DNA from: Phoronis australis
Taxonomy: Eukaryota; Animalia; Phoronida
Direction of reading: 5' to 3'
Assembly: GCA_002633005.1 (NCBI GenBank)
Contig: NMRA01000925.1
Span: 33,457-97,456 of the forward strand
DNA: 64,000 bases
Shown: positions 24,572-55,260 of the stretch, in pieces
How positions within the stretch are numbered: position 1 is the stretch's first letter
Layout of the letters: every line of letters starts with the position of its first letter
Made by a program: the position numbers and the translations under genes
The notes under the pieces: model-generated
What the model was told of the DNA's origin: nothing
The model's database searches: none
The model's input: only the letters and a program-made list of their open reading frames with translations

Positions 24572-27500
24572 AACTTATGGTAGAAATTTCTTTATATTGG
24601 ATGATCCCTTCGTTTGTGCATTGGACATTTTTTATTTCATCTAAATGAGTTTTCCTGGTAAAAGCACTTTTATAAACAAACACTGTTTTTTTTTCAAGCT
24701 CAATGGAAACTTTGTTGTGAAAATGATGATTATTCAGTGTCTGCAAGGACAAAAAGTTGAGTATGGTAAAATCTCACCAATATGGCAGACAGGTGAAAAT
24801 TTATTTTCTCATTTTTTTCATAATTGATATACAGAATCAAAATGATGTCTTGTGGTATCCAAGCTCTGTATCATAGCTACCAACAGAAACTATTTTGAAA
24901 AGTGTGGACATTAAGTTGCTACAACAATGCTTGAAGGCCTTGAAAAATGAAACAAGTGCAATTTTGGCAATTATTTTTGTCTGCTATTGGTGATGTTTTA
25001 GGCGGTCACTTGTAATGCATTCTTAATTGAAGTTTTCAACAGTACAAGTCCAAATACGCAAAAAAAATTTGTACTAGGAAATTGCTGTCATATGAGTGTT
25101 TACAATTTCCGCTTAGTGTTTAGCTGTGATGTTGGCCACTTGTAAATCTCATTTTAGTGGCAGTATGTTTGAAATGTGTCACTTTTGATATGTTTAAATT
25201 TATCATCTTTAGTTTTAGAATGAGGCTGTTATGCTGGTCTGTGTATTTAGATGTATAGTGTAGCAGACGGCAGGTCTCATTAGTAACAGATGAACTGTGC
25301 TTGTAGCAGATGGTTGTGCTTGTAGCAGACGACATGGTGCTATTTCAGATGCTTTAAGCTGCATATGTATTCAGGATTGTATAAAGAACCCACATAATTT
25401 GCATAATTTGACATTGTCTCTCAAAAATGCTATTTGGTTATAACTATTTTTATGGTTATACATTTTTGTTATTCCTTTCTTTGCAATGATGCAAGGCTAT
25501 TGAAAATATATTGTCTCTGTTTGCCATGTCTTTTTCATTTTTTGTTCACAATTTCACCTCCTCCGATTATGCAACACCTTTCCAGAACCATCAAATTCAT
25601 CTCTCCCAGATATGTTTTGTTGCATATAGCCATTGTCTTGTAGACTCAACCTGAGGTTTGAAGCTAATTGACAACCACCAATCGTGCTATTAGCCATTTT
25701 AGTACTGCTTCTTGTCTTGACTGATTTTGGTAAACTTGATTTGATGGTTATGGGTGGGACAGCAGTTGGCTGCCTACAGGAAAGCTTGGAGTACTGCGGC
25801 ACCCCCTGTTGACTAGAAATTTCTTGGATTGATTACTGTTTGTGGGTACCACAGGGGTGTATGGCTTGGATGCGCCAGTAGCAATCGAGTCGATTTTCAG
25901 CTTAGATATCAAGTGAACAACGGTACTCCCATAATTTCCTTATGTTAATTACTAACAAACTACCCCCCCCCCGGAATCATTCTGTTTACTTTGCTGTCAC
26001 TATGGGCACTTTCCAGGCGTTGGAGGTTCTTTTATTGGTTTTTGACTGCCCTTCATCCGGTAGATTAAATTCTTGGTGAAAATGGCATAAGAAAACCTCA
26101 TAACAGCCCGAAACCTTGCGGGAGTGGTTCAGGGCGTTCATTTCTGTAGGCGCTAACTTAATCGCTGACTGTTTTGATTCAGTTATCAATTCAAGATAAG
26201 GGAAAACAAACAAAACAGATTATATGTGTGTTCATAACGATTCTTTGGGTTCGACTTGAGTGAAGTCAAACATGTGCTCTAATGTTTGGTTTCCTTATGC
26301 GCGCTAAGTGGTAGAACGAAAAAGAATGCGGTAACAAGCTTTGGTTGGTACCTGAATAAGCTAGCCTCGCGAGGTAATTATGGTTATGAGGTATTGCGCA
26401 AGTTGCCATCTTCACACGGCTTTTGTGAATTCGTATTGTTCCCTGTATGTCAGTCATTTGCCCTTTATATGTTCCACAGTGTCTGCACCTGAGCTCGGAA
26501 TTAACGTCCATTATCCTCAATTGGCTCAAAATATTTACCTATGGGATGTATTTGTCTGAGCTAGCTGGCGATAAAAGAAAAATTGAAGTCTCGAATAAAC
26601 TGGCGTATGATTAAAACCATTTGTCTCTTAAAAAGTGGTCTCGGCTTGTTGATTTATCAGATGCCGAGAAGTCATTTTTGGTCTTCCAAAGAACTGACCG
26701 TTCGTTATTGCCAAAGACCACGTAATCTCCGAATAAAATAACTTACCGTGACATGAATTTTTAAACCGTTGTCTCTTGAGAAAATGAACTGACAATCACC
26801 TGCTGACAATTCTTTTCAAGCTCAGATATTACAGCTATTTTGATCCTTGAATTTAATGGGTTTTTTGTGTGGAAAGTTTTAAAAGGCGAGATTTCATTAG
26901 CCTGGCCCTTCTGAAACTGACCGACAACTTGGTGTTGGCCTCCTGACTCCAGTTGGCCTATAGTTATTATGAACGCTTTATTGCTTTTCGAAGGTATTGC
27001 CCAATTTTGATTCGATTATGAATGCGAATTTACGAGTACTGTTCTGCATCGAAGAAATACTATCGATGTTTTGAGCCCCAGGGCTTTGTGGCCCAAATGA
27101 AGACCTCGTGGCGTAAACCTGATACGAGGCAAACAATATAAGCTTTAAGAAAGAAGTAGGCTCGTTTTGTCATTTATATATCCATATATCAATATTAACG
27201 TTTCAGCATTGGTGTTGGATATAGTAATTAAATAAGGGGAATTTTCTTACACGTTTGAACACACATTTGGTCAAAATTGGAACGTTTGTATAAGATTCAA
27301 GAATAGCTAGTAGTTCATGTGTCGGAAACCAATGTAAACGGAAAATTAAAGAAACGTGAACAGTGGTAACGAAGGTGGGACATTACCTCAAGGTTATGTA
27401 AGACCTTATTGAAAAGTCTTTGTATTAAGCCAGGTATCTAAAAATAATAGCAGAAATCTTGTTGAATTTCATTTTTGGCGTTTTACCGATCTGTCATTGA

Positions 27501-27827
27501 TTAGGTCACGTACAAACCATGTTATCCGAAAAGGTCCATTGATAGCAAAACAACTGTATCGATAACCTGATCAATCTTCATTAGAGATAAATGTTCAAGG
27601 TGAAATCTCAAAACGCTGTTACAGTTTTCTAAATAATCATTTCGTTTTCGTTTTATGATTGATTTTTTTTGTGAAAATCATAGCCCTTCATGTAGAAAAG
27701 GAACATTTTAAAAACAATTCATAGCAGAGAACAATGCATAGTGTATCTGCAAGTTTCATATGAACACCAAACGCCATTTCTGAGACATTATGTTCCGAAA
27801 TGCGTCGGATAGTTTTCTAAGGTCCGT

Positions 27828-28246
27828 TGCCCGCTTGCATGAAACAGTCCCAAATAGGGGCTCGACTAAGTTCCATAAATCTATTTTGTGAGCTTGTGAA
27901 AACACTGATTGTCCTTATAATGTTTGAGTTTCGTTACTAAGTCAAAATTTGGCTTTGATACAAGTCGAGAGTGAACTTGACGTTGAATTCGCAATAAAAT
28001 AAATAGGGATCTTTTCATGAAACGGCCCTAACTTAAGAACGAAGTGCCTATTTATTTTCATTGAAGCCAGGGCTCACTTTTTAGTTATGTTATTAAAAAA
28101 TGGCATAATAGTCAAAGAGGAGCTCATAATAAAGATGAAATGATAGAAAAACGATTACATCTGTGAGTAAAGTAACACACAAATAGGCAAAAGATTAAGG
28201 GAACTTAGTTGAGTCCCTATTTGGGACTGTTTCGTGTAACCCGGCA
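27828..28246. mobile_element. Harbinger-like MITE with about 45-bp TIRs
   Basis: TGCCCGCTTGCATGAAACAGTCCCAAATAGGGGCTCGACTAAGTTCC and GGAACTTAGTTGAGTCCCTATTTGGGACTGTTTCGTGTAACCCGGCA. Confidence 0.75.
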
Positions 28247-29457
28247 CTGGGCTATTAATTGTGGAATCTGATTATTACTGACTACTGTTTTAGTGAAAAT
28301 TCCCTGCCTAACACTTGACACCGTAATATCTCATCAGTGGACGACTTGAGACCCTAATCCTGGGCGATTTGCTTTATCAGATGATGAGGGTGTCTATGTA
28401 CATAAGAAGATGCCCATATGTCTTCTTGTAGTTGTCTGTTTATTCAATGCCTAAACTAACTATTGTATCTAAGCAACAGGTCCGTCCGTATGAACGTTGA
28501 TTACTTCGACAAATCACCCCCTAGAGCTAGTCGTACCCAATGAACGTCGTTGTCGACGATTAAAATATAAAGAAGTTGATTTAATGCTACCAGAAAATTG
28601 ATATTTTTCGCTTGGGGATTATTTCAACTCGGTAAATTATTGTCCTGCAACTACGCGTTAGAAAACAGCATATCAGAAAAACACGCGTGGATAGTCGGGC
28701 AGATTTCCTCAAATTGTGCATTGTGCTAACGTATCTGTACTTCGCACTAGGGTTGTTTATTCAGCTCGGCAAATATTTACGGCCACGGAATATATCCCTT
28801 TATTGTGCTAAATCGACTCTACCCAATAGTGCCGACCCCGTCTCCATGGGAATGTTACCGTGGACGCTGGTAATTGATTGATTCCCACCAACTTTTCGTC
28901 AAACCAATACAAGCGTAGTGTTCGCCCGAAGCCGCGTTTTGCGTCATTTGACCAATAAATGTGCTACCTAAGGCCCATATTTAGTTGAGTTTGTGGGTGC
29001 ATCACTTTTGCGGCGCCTTGATAAATTGGAAGACTTAAAAACATCAGTTTATTAAGTCAAAAATAACATAATTAGTTCTGGTCTGTTTCCCACACTGTTC
29101 AAAAACAGAAAACGGACCGATTTTAGTCAGCAGCGGGTGACACTGGTGAAGAAAAAGAATGTTCCCACCAATTTCAGCTGGTGTTTGTTGACATTGTTCT
29201 TTTGAAAATGTGGGCAACTAAAAAAAAAACGCGTCACAGCATCAACTTTCAAAAAATACAGACCTTTGGCCTTTTCATGTTTTCCAGGTTCGCCTTGATT
29301 TTCCAGTAAATGTTCATGAGCACCCTACTGTGCTAGCTATGGTGATTTCTTACAGTTTTCACAAGGCGGATCTTATCGGATTGAAATGCACCCCTAGTGT
29401 TTTTTGGAAGCCAGAGAAGGGCGATCACTGCTGAGATTGTATACGCAGTCTTTTCCA

Positions 29458-30084
29458 CTACTCGTTGTAAAGACCATAAACTGTCGCGGTACAGAACATT
29501 TGTCCGTTCTGGTAACTGTAAGTAGAACAACTATCCACGCTGGGGTCCCACGAACATCGACTTGCCACCATCATCGTCTGGTCTTTCTTTTCCCCCACTG
29601 TCACTGTGCACACAATTTTGTAGCGATCGAACTTGAACGCTTTCACTTTATCCTTTATTTCTTCCGACATTACTCGACTGAGCATGCCAGCTAGTCGTGC
29701 ATTGTACGTCATGGAATGCAGGCGGTCCTCAAGAACGCCTTTTATGGCATTTTCTACCTTTTTAGAGTCGAACCGTTTTAGCGGTTCCATGCGGTACGTG
29801 GGTGCGACTGTTTGGTTCGCTTCTCTCTCCTTTCGCTTTTCCATGACTTTGTTCGACAGTTGTTTCGTGAACCGCCTCGCCAGCATAATACCTGCTATAG
29901 AAGGACCTTTTCTTGGCGTCGACTTATCCTGCGATTTGAATGATTTTTGCGAGGCTGTGTCGCTCTTTATGGCTGCAAAAGTCGCTTTTCTGGTTGATGG
30001 ATTGGTCTGGTTCGCCGACGACGTTGTATTACCGGAGCCACTGCGATCCATACCGCTGGTACTGAACTTTCTTGACGCCAACAT
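29458..30084 (-). CDS. Tctex-1 domain dynein light chain (TCTEX1D1/DYNLT5-like), single coding exon, 208 aa
   Basis: ATG at 30084; S/T-rich N-terminal extension, then TYRMEP...F...RYKIVCTVTVGE...ASRCSWDPSVD...ATVYGLYNE, which is the Tctex-1 domain of the TCTEX1D subgroup. The exact paralog was not resolved. Confidence 0.9.
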   Translation of the reverse strand: MLASRKFSTSGMDRSGSGNTTSSANQTNPSTRKATFAAIKSDTASQKSFKSQDKSTPRKGPSIAGIMLARRFTKQLSNKVMEKRKEREANQTVAPTYRMEPLKRFDSKKVENAIKGVLEDRLHSMTYNARLAGMLSRVMSEEIKDKVKAFKFDRYKIVCTVTVGEKKDQTMMVASRCSWDPSVDSCSTYSYQNGQMFCTATVYGLYNE

Positions 30085-31258
30085 CGTCAAGGATAAAAAC
30101 GTAAGTGGTCACAATATCCAAGTTTCTTTCGGATTCAGTAGCTACGCAGAACTCCAAAGATATTCTGGTAGTGAGTAGATGAATCCGTATCTCACGCTAT
30201 TAATTTAGAACTGAATTCGTCGCGACAATAAGCGAAAGAGTCGTGCATAACACATTACTCAGTCTCAGGTCCGGCGGTGACAGCTAACACAATCCTTTCA
30301 TTCATTTGACGATGTCCTGTGTTCAAGCTCAACTTTATAAAGTCGCATCAAGGTTGATCGTCTTCCTATTGTCGTTAAATAACGCTCGAATGAAGGCGCT
30401 GATAAAATTATATCAATTCCTCTTGTAACCTCATTGGCTTAGCTCTCCGTCAATCCTGACGTGCGTGTGTCCTATGGAAACCAGCAGGGACCTGCCACAC
30501 GAGGGCGTGTTTTCGTTGACTTGTTTCGCGCAAATCAACAAACCGCGGGTCCTCATCACTTGAGACCTGTAATGATGCAAACAGAAACCGAATAACGAAG
30601 GCAATTCCGTCAGTGTATTGACCAATTCGCTGCGTTAACAGTTCTGGTTTAAATTTCTATAATGGCGCAAACTACCTAATAAGGCATGAGCTATGATTAA
30701 ATTATGCATGCTAACACCGCTAAATACTATTTCGTTACAAAAATAACAAAAACTAATCTCTATAAGACAGGAATCTCAATGTCGACGCTTGGGGTATAAT
30801 TTACATAATCAGGATTTATACAAACCATCATTTGATATTTGGACACGTACCTAGATAAGCTATTGAAATCAGTAATGCTGCTAAGTCAACTTGATATTGT
30901 CGCGATGTGTAACTTGCGTGTTTAACTATTGACAATTCTCATTGATCCTAATGTACGATCTAATGCATTACATATGGAATAGACGTTCGTTATTTAATTT
31001 CACATTCCATTCAGGATTCTCCGCTATCCATTCGTGCAGATTAATGTTTAGATTTCAGTGTGTTTGACCTTTAGAAACATTTAATCTTAATTTTGTACTA
31101 CGCAATTACTGGCTGTGCGTTAGTAGAAAAATGTATAAACTAACCCCATAAAATTTTGAATCCTAGATATTATATACATTACGGAAACGTAGCGTGTACC
31201 TTGTGAGCTTAGTACGACATCAGGAAACCATTATACGGAATAATGCTGATTGGTTCCT

Positions 31259-31747
31259 CCCCGGTCCGGAGGTACTCGGCTATAATTTTGACCGAGTGCG
31301 ACTGAAAAGTCACGATACCCATCTCAAAATGTACCCTCAAACTGGGAGACACTTGAAGGGGGGAGCTTCATGAAAAAGGAAACCTATTGGTAGGGTTTTG
31401 CTCCAGCGATACCTCATCCTTTTGTAGGAGTTAGTCCCATAAACCTAATCGGAAGAATTCTTGGACAGATGAATTTTCAACCCATTAAGCCAGAACAAAT
31501 ATAACAAGGCTGCCCTGTCAAAAAAGTTTTTGAAATATAGATAATACTGAAAACCCTTATGTAGTTTTGTTGGACAAATCTTTTGTATTTATTTTCCGAC
31601 TCCCAAACTGAACTTTTTTGTAGGGAATAATGTCGGAAATGCACTCTTTGGTAGGGAGTTTTGACAGAAAAGGTTCCTTTTCGCAGGGAAACTGGTCACC
31701 CTCCTGAGCACCGTCCTGTTTAGCTCTTCTACGGAAGTACCCCCGGG
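31259..31747. mobile_element. CCCGG-terminated (EnSpm/CMC-like) non-autonomous element
   Basis: CCCGGTCCGGAGGTACTC...GAAGTACCCCCGGG inverted termini. Confidence 0.5.
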
Positions 31748-34700
31748 ATTCCTCAGGACTTGGGTTCGACAAATCGCCCATAGTACCTTTTCCATCCATA
31801 ACTTGGCGAATATATTACAATCTCGACAGTTGTTTGCCTCACCACGTATGTTGTTCACGAGAGAACGGAAGACTCGATAACATCTGCGCTTGAATATCAA
31901 CCTCCGAGCCATCGCGATCATAATATCACAGTCAATCAATAATAAGCTTAATAGGCAATTTTATGTTGATGCAACTTTCTAGCGAGATGACTTTGTTAGT
32001 TCGACAAATTCCACACTCAAACTAACCCAAAAGCGCCAGACTTTAATTCAAGTGAGTAATATTTAAAATCGATCACCCGAGCACTCATTGATTGGAAGAA
32101 CTATTATGTTCCATGATTGTCTGAATGAGATCCCGGATGTGTGTTATCCAGCGTGCGCCATTCGATTTGAATAAATGGCATGTCCTTCTAATTCACGGCG
32201 TAAATTGAACTGCATAAACCAGATTGCGTGGCCATTGAATATCAAAAACGTTCCCATGCGATGAAAAATCTGTGAATTTCATTCCCATAAGACAGTTTAT
32301 CAGAAGCAAAGAAGACATGTACTTAATCTCATTATTTGCACAGGAAAACGCCATACACAAAGTTAGGTTAGGTTCATACTCCCTTGTTTGCAATGGTTGA
32401 AAAATAAAGCTCTTAACATTATGACATAGAAAAGGAAATTTACCATAAGAACTTGAAAGTATCAACAAGTTGGAAATTTTCGATATGACAATCATTTATT
32501 TGGCTATCAAGTGTCAACAGGGCTTGACTGTTACTCTCATAAAATACCGTGGCACTTGGGTATTTTCACCTTGCATACTGTATGTATCACATGCATATCT
32601 GGAATTACGGCTGTGAATACAATAAATGTAATAAAAGTGAATAAAAGTAAAGAGAGTCAAAATTCATCATTAATTTTTGAAGGGATTACCCCACGATGCT
32701 TGGTAGCAGCCCGTGCTTCTCAGCTCTCCTTTTGATGGTCGAAATCATTACTGGTCGCTGGTTGGGGAAATGTTTAGTCTAGATTATATGGTTAATTATT
32801 TATTTCATGATTTTTAAATTTGCGCACTAAGACGGACAGAAATGCAGCTTTTGGCCCGTTCGTGGGAGTCTTTGAGGATTTTCCATAATATTTTCCGGAT
32901 CTTGTCGGCAAAATTTTCAAGTTTCCGGAAATACTCCGAGATATTATTGAAAAGGGATCTGCACTTAAACGGACCTTTAAAGAGGGTGACGTCAGTGACG
33001 TTGCGTTAAATTCTTCTATCCTTAGTGCCAATACTGCTATCCCTACTTTCCACATCTATTTAAAGAAAAATCTACCAGCTGCATTATCTCCATCACTGAA
33101 CATTTTCTAGGGAGAGGTTAACTTTAGCCCAACCAGCCCAACACAGCGCACGTTTGTGCACCATTCACCCACACTTTAGTTCCTCACGCAGCCGCACCCG
33201 CAACACTCGAATCAGTCGTACCATACACCACAACAACAGTCTCAAGTTACGAGCGTTGAGGTGTTACAGACATAGGAACAGATATAAATTTAAGCCGCCC
33301 TTGCGGGACGAATACGTGAGCTGTTCATGTTTAGAAGCAGTAATCCGCTTAACAAAAACTAAGCAAATTAAAATGTTCAAGTTACGTACCAAGGTATACC
33401 GCGCGAAAAGATATGCGAGTACGCTCGTCTGCTCTCCGGCCAGATGAGGGTCAGTTTTCCTCTACAATCTCGCTTGGTCTCACACTGGATAGCTCTGTAG
33501 AGCTCTTGTTGGATTATACGTAGCTGAAATCCGCGTGCACTAATTCACTTCAACAGTAACTTTCCGAAGTGTTATTCAAATGCTTCAGTGACAATAAACC
33601 AAGCCCAAAAGTGCCTCTCCGATTAATACTGGCGTCGGGACATCTTGACATAATATGGCGTCTGCATTTCTTTGCAAAAGCAAACCCCATCGTCGCGGAG
33701 TGCGCAAACTTAACTACCACAGAAATTTGAAGAAGACATGCACAAGTCCTCCAAATGAGGACACGGTAAAGTTTCCTTAAATTTGAACAAAAAATACGAC
33801 CAAAATTTTCATTTTTCATTTTCAGACGCTCACTCTATTGCCAAAATCTCACCGCGTGTTTGCTGATGACAATCGTACTATACAAAGTTTTCAAATAACC
33901 AAGTAAAATTGTCTTCTTGTTTCTTCTTGCTGAAAATTTTGATTAAATTAAATTTTACTGTTTCGCCGTATTGTGTTATTATTTGTTGAAACTTTACCGT
34001 AAGGTTGGTAAGCGCCCTGTCGTACCGAGGCAGTTCCTAGGTTCACAGAAATTTTATTTGTGAGTGGGAACCGAATAAAAGCTGGCGGGACATACCCGTT
34101 GCCCTCTTAGTAAGTCGTGGTATTCGAGGCAGGTTTTTTACCATAGTTACCCGTTCTCATCCGTCCGTTGCACGCTTCACCAACTGAAGATTTTACGCCA
34201 GGCTTGCACGTGAGAATGATTACGGTATGGCAGGATTCTCAACTAATTTTACTTCATATCAATAATCATCAAGACCATAAAAAATTGTTATACCAATCAT
34301 TAGATGGATTAGGCGTGGAAAATCCGCAACTAAAACGGATTGACAGCAAAATTCCCGTTGGGATTTGTCAAATGTTTTCAAAATGTCAGAGTAGGCCTAA
34401 TTCTTTATGCCCGTTTTTATTGCGTTCATTAATTTTTCAGGCGAATGGGTTTGAATCAATACAAATTTTATTGGTTCCCACCCGAACACGCCAAAGTTTA
34501 CCATAAACTGTAGCAAAACTTGCAACAAAGGGAGGTATGCGCAGTATCATAAAAAATCGAACTAAAAACCGAGTCGACGCATCAGTTTTCAGAATTCTAG
34601 GGCGTATGGTACGATTGTCAACTAATGACTCCCTATTTTTGGTAGCGAAAGACAAAAGCGAACCTCACTTTTTCATTTTCAGGCACAAGTTTTAATTACA

Positions 34701-35420
34701 AAATGTCCCCTACACTATTACTATTACACGGTACAGTGTAGTGAGATTTTTAGAAAGTGTTACATTTGGAGAACCAGTACTTTCACGTCCGTCGCATTTC
34801 CCCACATGACCGATCAACGTTCAATTGCAGCTGATCGGGCAAGCTGTGTCGCATCCTACGAGCAGATGGTTAGCTCCTTGGAGAATGGCGGTACACAACA
34901 GCTTATTGTGTCGACATAATATAATTGTGACACACGAATTCGGTAATAGGCGACAACAAGAAATATACATGCCAATGAACGTCAAACCGTTTATAACCAC
35001 ACGCAACCATTGAGGAGGATGCCGTACTTAAAGACGGCAAATTAAGTCCATTAAAGCAGTGCTTAATAGGAAAAGACCAGCATTTGTCATTTAATATCAT
35101 CAAAATTACTGGTCTTCCCCTGGGATGGGGCTCTGACATACACAAGGAGTGCGTGAGGATGTTAGCCTCCAAGATAATAGCCCCGATAATCGCGCACATC
35201 GCCTCCTAAATACATTTTGACATACCTGCGCACTGTGTTTGAACCGACCACGATAGAACCGAGCGTCACCTCGCTAAATCGTATATTCAAGTTCATTGAC
35301 ATTCTAAACTCATGACCCGGATGCAATATTATCAGATTTTTTACATTTATTTCCACTTTCACACGAATCACAACCTTTCATTAAAAAAGGATATTACGGC
35401 CAGTCTTAAAAGTAACTTCG

Positions 35421-35695
35421 GTTGCCCTTACCCGAACCTAATATGGGTAGGTAGGCAGGCAAAAATTTTTTATAACTTCACACACAAATTTGGCTACTAT
35501 TTCTCAATCAACAAGCCACGCCTTCTTCAAGAATCTCATGAGAAATAACAACTCAGGTTTGAGATTTTGTTGAAGGATTTTTGCCCAATTTTTGTAACGA
35601 AACAACCAAGTCGTAGATAAGGACTTATTCCTGGGCTGTCATAAAATTTTCTGAGTCGGCGGGTTTTTAGCGGGTCGGTCGGGTAAGGGCAAACA
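35421..35695. mobile_element. MITE (MULE-like)
   Basis: GTTGCCCTTACCCGAACC...GGTCGGGTAAGGGCAAAC inverted termini. Confidence 0.55.
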
Positions 35696-36073
35696 AACTT
35701 AATATTTGTTTAGGCCTGAATGAACACTGTCTCATCCTAGTCAGATAGCACCAATCTCGTCCTCTGCTCTTTGCAAAGCGCTTACTTACGGGATTTCTAT
35801 TTTTACAGATTGAAACCACTAAAGTTTTTACGCCACTGGATGATAATACTAAATGTATATATGGCAAAATTAAACTAGACCCTCCAAGTCGAACATTTAA
35901 CAACTGCTTTAGGGTTAGTTAGTACCTTATCAAATAGTCTATGCATGCAGTCAAATATCTATAAAACTATAAAATTTAGGCTCAGTAAAAGTATGTTTTC
36001 TGAAAGTAGAGAGCATGTAAAACTTGTTTTTCGTCTTCACAACAATTTGACATTGCTTCGGTCACGTGACCAT

Positions 36074-36305
36074 GGGCCCGTTCCAAGAAACTGACTTAAG
36101 TTGATTTTTGACTTAAGTCTAAGATTTGTCTTAACTTCCAAACTTTGAAACTTCCACATCCGGTAAATTCGTCAAAACTAAGAAAAAAATTACCTCAAAC
36201 ACTTTAATCAAGCTAAAGATCTCTTTCTTGAAATGTTTTTGAGATAAATTTAACTTTTATTTTAAAATTTAGTAAAATTTAAGAATTGTCTTAGCTAACC
36301 TGCCC
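36074..36305. mobile_element. second copy of the 15217 Harbinger MITE, in opposite orientation
   Basis: GGGCCCGTTCCAAGAAACTGACTTAAG...AACTTTGAAACTTCCACATCC matches the reverse complement of about 15365-15452; a partial copy is also at about 16234-16290. Confidence 0.7.
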
Positions 36306-38947
36306 CATGTCTTTTCAGAAAATTTAGCAAAAAGGAATGTACATTCACAGCAAGACAGCAGCATCAATAACATGACCAAATTTTGTTTGAGTTACAGGTG
36401 AAACTTCAAACAGGTTGTTATGGTTTTCTCAACTCATGAGTTTTTTCACAAAAATCAAGTGGGTAAAACTAGTGGAGCCTTTTAAGGACAATTTCTAGCC
36501 TCGTTTTGGTGAACAGTGAATAGAGCATAGTATTTGAAACTTTTAATATAATTTTAAAAGTCATTTTTGAGATATGCTGTTCCAAAGTCGGCCAAATTTG
36601 GGAATGTTTTTAGGGTCCTACACAAATTGGTTTTACCATCCAACGAGTGGAGACTAAGAAATGACTTACGACTAAAATAAAAAAGTTACATTAAACTTGC
36701 CGAAAATGGCAATTTATCGACATTTTACCTCCTGGTGTCCTGGATGATGTGTTCAGGGACGGAAAACGTTTTCTTACACAGGGAACAGAAATCAATTTCG
36801 AACACAGAATAGAAAGGTTGTAGACCTACTTTGTGAGACTGACTAACCTGATCCGAATTCCAGTTTTGGTTAGTGACTAAGATGTCAACCTTTGTGTATT
36901 GTTTTCAAAATTGTTATATTAACATTTTGTATAAAATAAAATTCTCTATCTTTTATTGCTACCAACATTTCATTGAACAAATTAGCCATGCGCCAAACAT
37001 GCAAGAAGTTTGGGACGACTTAAACTGAACGGTTTTGAATATAGAATTTCCGTTAGTGCACAATTTCCTTTGCTTGTAATTTAGCACTTACCACCACATT
37101 TTTGATGTTCCTTCAGACAACAGCTATTGGCTGTATGATAAATTACAACAACAGTCACGAATACATAAACCATTGTGTGATGTTTCAGGCATGAATCAAG
37201 ATTTTTCATCCATTAAGGACTCAAACTTTTAGGAATAGCTGACACGCAGATCTGACATTTTGAAAGCAGCGCCATCTAGTGCCACGGTGCATCTTGGGAT
37301 AGACCTGAGGAGCCACTTTGCATTGCCCCGGAAAAGCTTCAGCTGCGTATCTACAAAATTTATATGAAATGGCAAAATAGGGTGAAAAGGGGTAAAATAA
37401 CTATAGAAAAAGTATTTGCCTTGCAACAAGTTCAGGTTTGACGCCCTTCGTGCTTGGGTTTCTACAACGCAGCCAACGTTTGAGCTCTGCAACGGTGCAC
37501 GCTTCAAATGGCTCGCTTATGACAGACCCTGTCACGTCTACTTTTATCAAGTTTTCATCGTTTATCTTTGTTTATAGGCCTACGAATACGGAGTTCTCGC
37601 ACACCATTGCCGACACTTGCGTTGCGCTTCGAATCACTTTGCGAAATTGTAATATTTCACGATGCGCTCGTGGAAAGCGCCTTCCTTTTTGTCGAGCATT
37701 TCTCAGATTGAAAACAGATCGTTCATTAGCGACGACTAACAATCCAAAGAGCTTGGCGGAAAGCGCTTTCCTTATTGAATACAAGGCAGGTTAATCCCAG
37801 AATGCAATGCTTCAACCACCTCTTGACATGCGCTCTATGTTTTAAAGTGTCAATACACCTAAACTTGACATCTAGTGCAAGAGTCTGATTTTTTATCAGA
37901 TTATCACCAGGAAAAATAACGAAAGATCACCTTTCTGCATTATTTTTTCAAACCCAATCTCTAGTGCTCTTGCACAACAGGTAATCATGGTAGGCGACGC
38001 AACACAGCAGCACTTTGACTGTGACCGACAAATTAAAGTCACCATATTACACAAAGTCTGTGCATGGTTCGTACAGATTTTAGATAAAATTTCATGGCTT
38101 TTCATGATTCTCCACAAACTTTCTCACACAAGAAAATGAATAAAACATGTCAAACTTTTACACTAGAAATGAGTACTCTTACTGTCACAAATGGTTTCCA
38201 CAACTTTCCATGGCAACTCATTAATTTTAAGACTTTCCATAAAAATAACAAATACCATTTCTCTTCCAGTCTATACGAACCATATCAAGACTGTATTTTT
38301 ATGAGACTATAAGCTGTTTTAAAATTTTGGTTGTACTGAATTCAGAATTAACCAACAGGTGGCTCTCATCTCTTTCATTAACCCCAATGAATGACTTTGA
38401 GGGCAATTTAGACATATATACTTTCACACCGACTCTTAATCAAAATATATGGCAGATTTAGGAGCTAGATGACAGCTCTCATGAGGCATAGCAGCAAGGA
38501 ACCATAGACTGTCTATTTACAAGTAACATACCAACTGATAAACAAGAGTAAATTCAGAAAGATTCTGCCGACAACAATAACCCATTGTTAGTAGATTCAT
38601 ACGCAGTAAAACAACCATTCAAAATTACATAACAGCAGCAATAGGACACCAAAACCATGACATGCACCACTGCCATGACAACAATGATGTCCAAGTGTAG
38701 TGAATTCTTTGAAAACTGTTGAATTACACAGAGCCATGTCATGATCAGCGAACTGTAATGTCAGCGAATGGTATGCCACATAGTACACTTCCAGTCAAAT
38801 CTGTTTCTGCGTTCTCAGCAAACCATCACCTTTCTTGAATATCCAGTCTAACCAAAATTCCAACAAGGGTCTCTCAAAGTACACAGAGTCATCACTTCCT
38901 TTACTGATACCAGTATCACAGTAACCAGCAGCCATTGTCCATTGTCT

Positions 38948-55151
<16,204 letters not shown>

Positions 55152-55237
55152 GTTTGAAACTGTTCTTAAGACTAAACACTGATCGACAACTGACAATGTA
55201 GCAGTTGTTTAGGTTTCGCAAAGCATGAGATTCACAA

Positions 55238-55260
55238 CCGGAAGTAAAAATGCCGGAAGT
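55238..55260. promoter_or_regulatory. tandem ETS/GABP-type CCGGAAGT motifs upstream of the DIMT1 ATG
   Basis: CCGGAAGT at 55238 and 55253, about 90-110 bp upstream of the start codon; typical of housekeeping and ribosome-biogenesis promoters; CRE TGACGTCA at 55654. Confidence 0.55.

Noticed and set aside
29633-30178. 181-aa ORF antisense to the Tctex gene
   Set aside because: Shadow of the real CDS, no ATG at the called start and no recognisable motifs
35000-35210. LINE reverse-transcriptase-proximal fragment (TIEEDAVLK...IAPIIAHI)
   Set aside because: Only a faint resemblance and no RT core motifs; too weak to call
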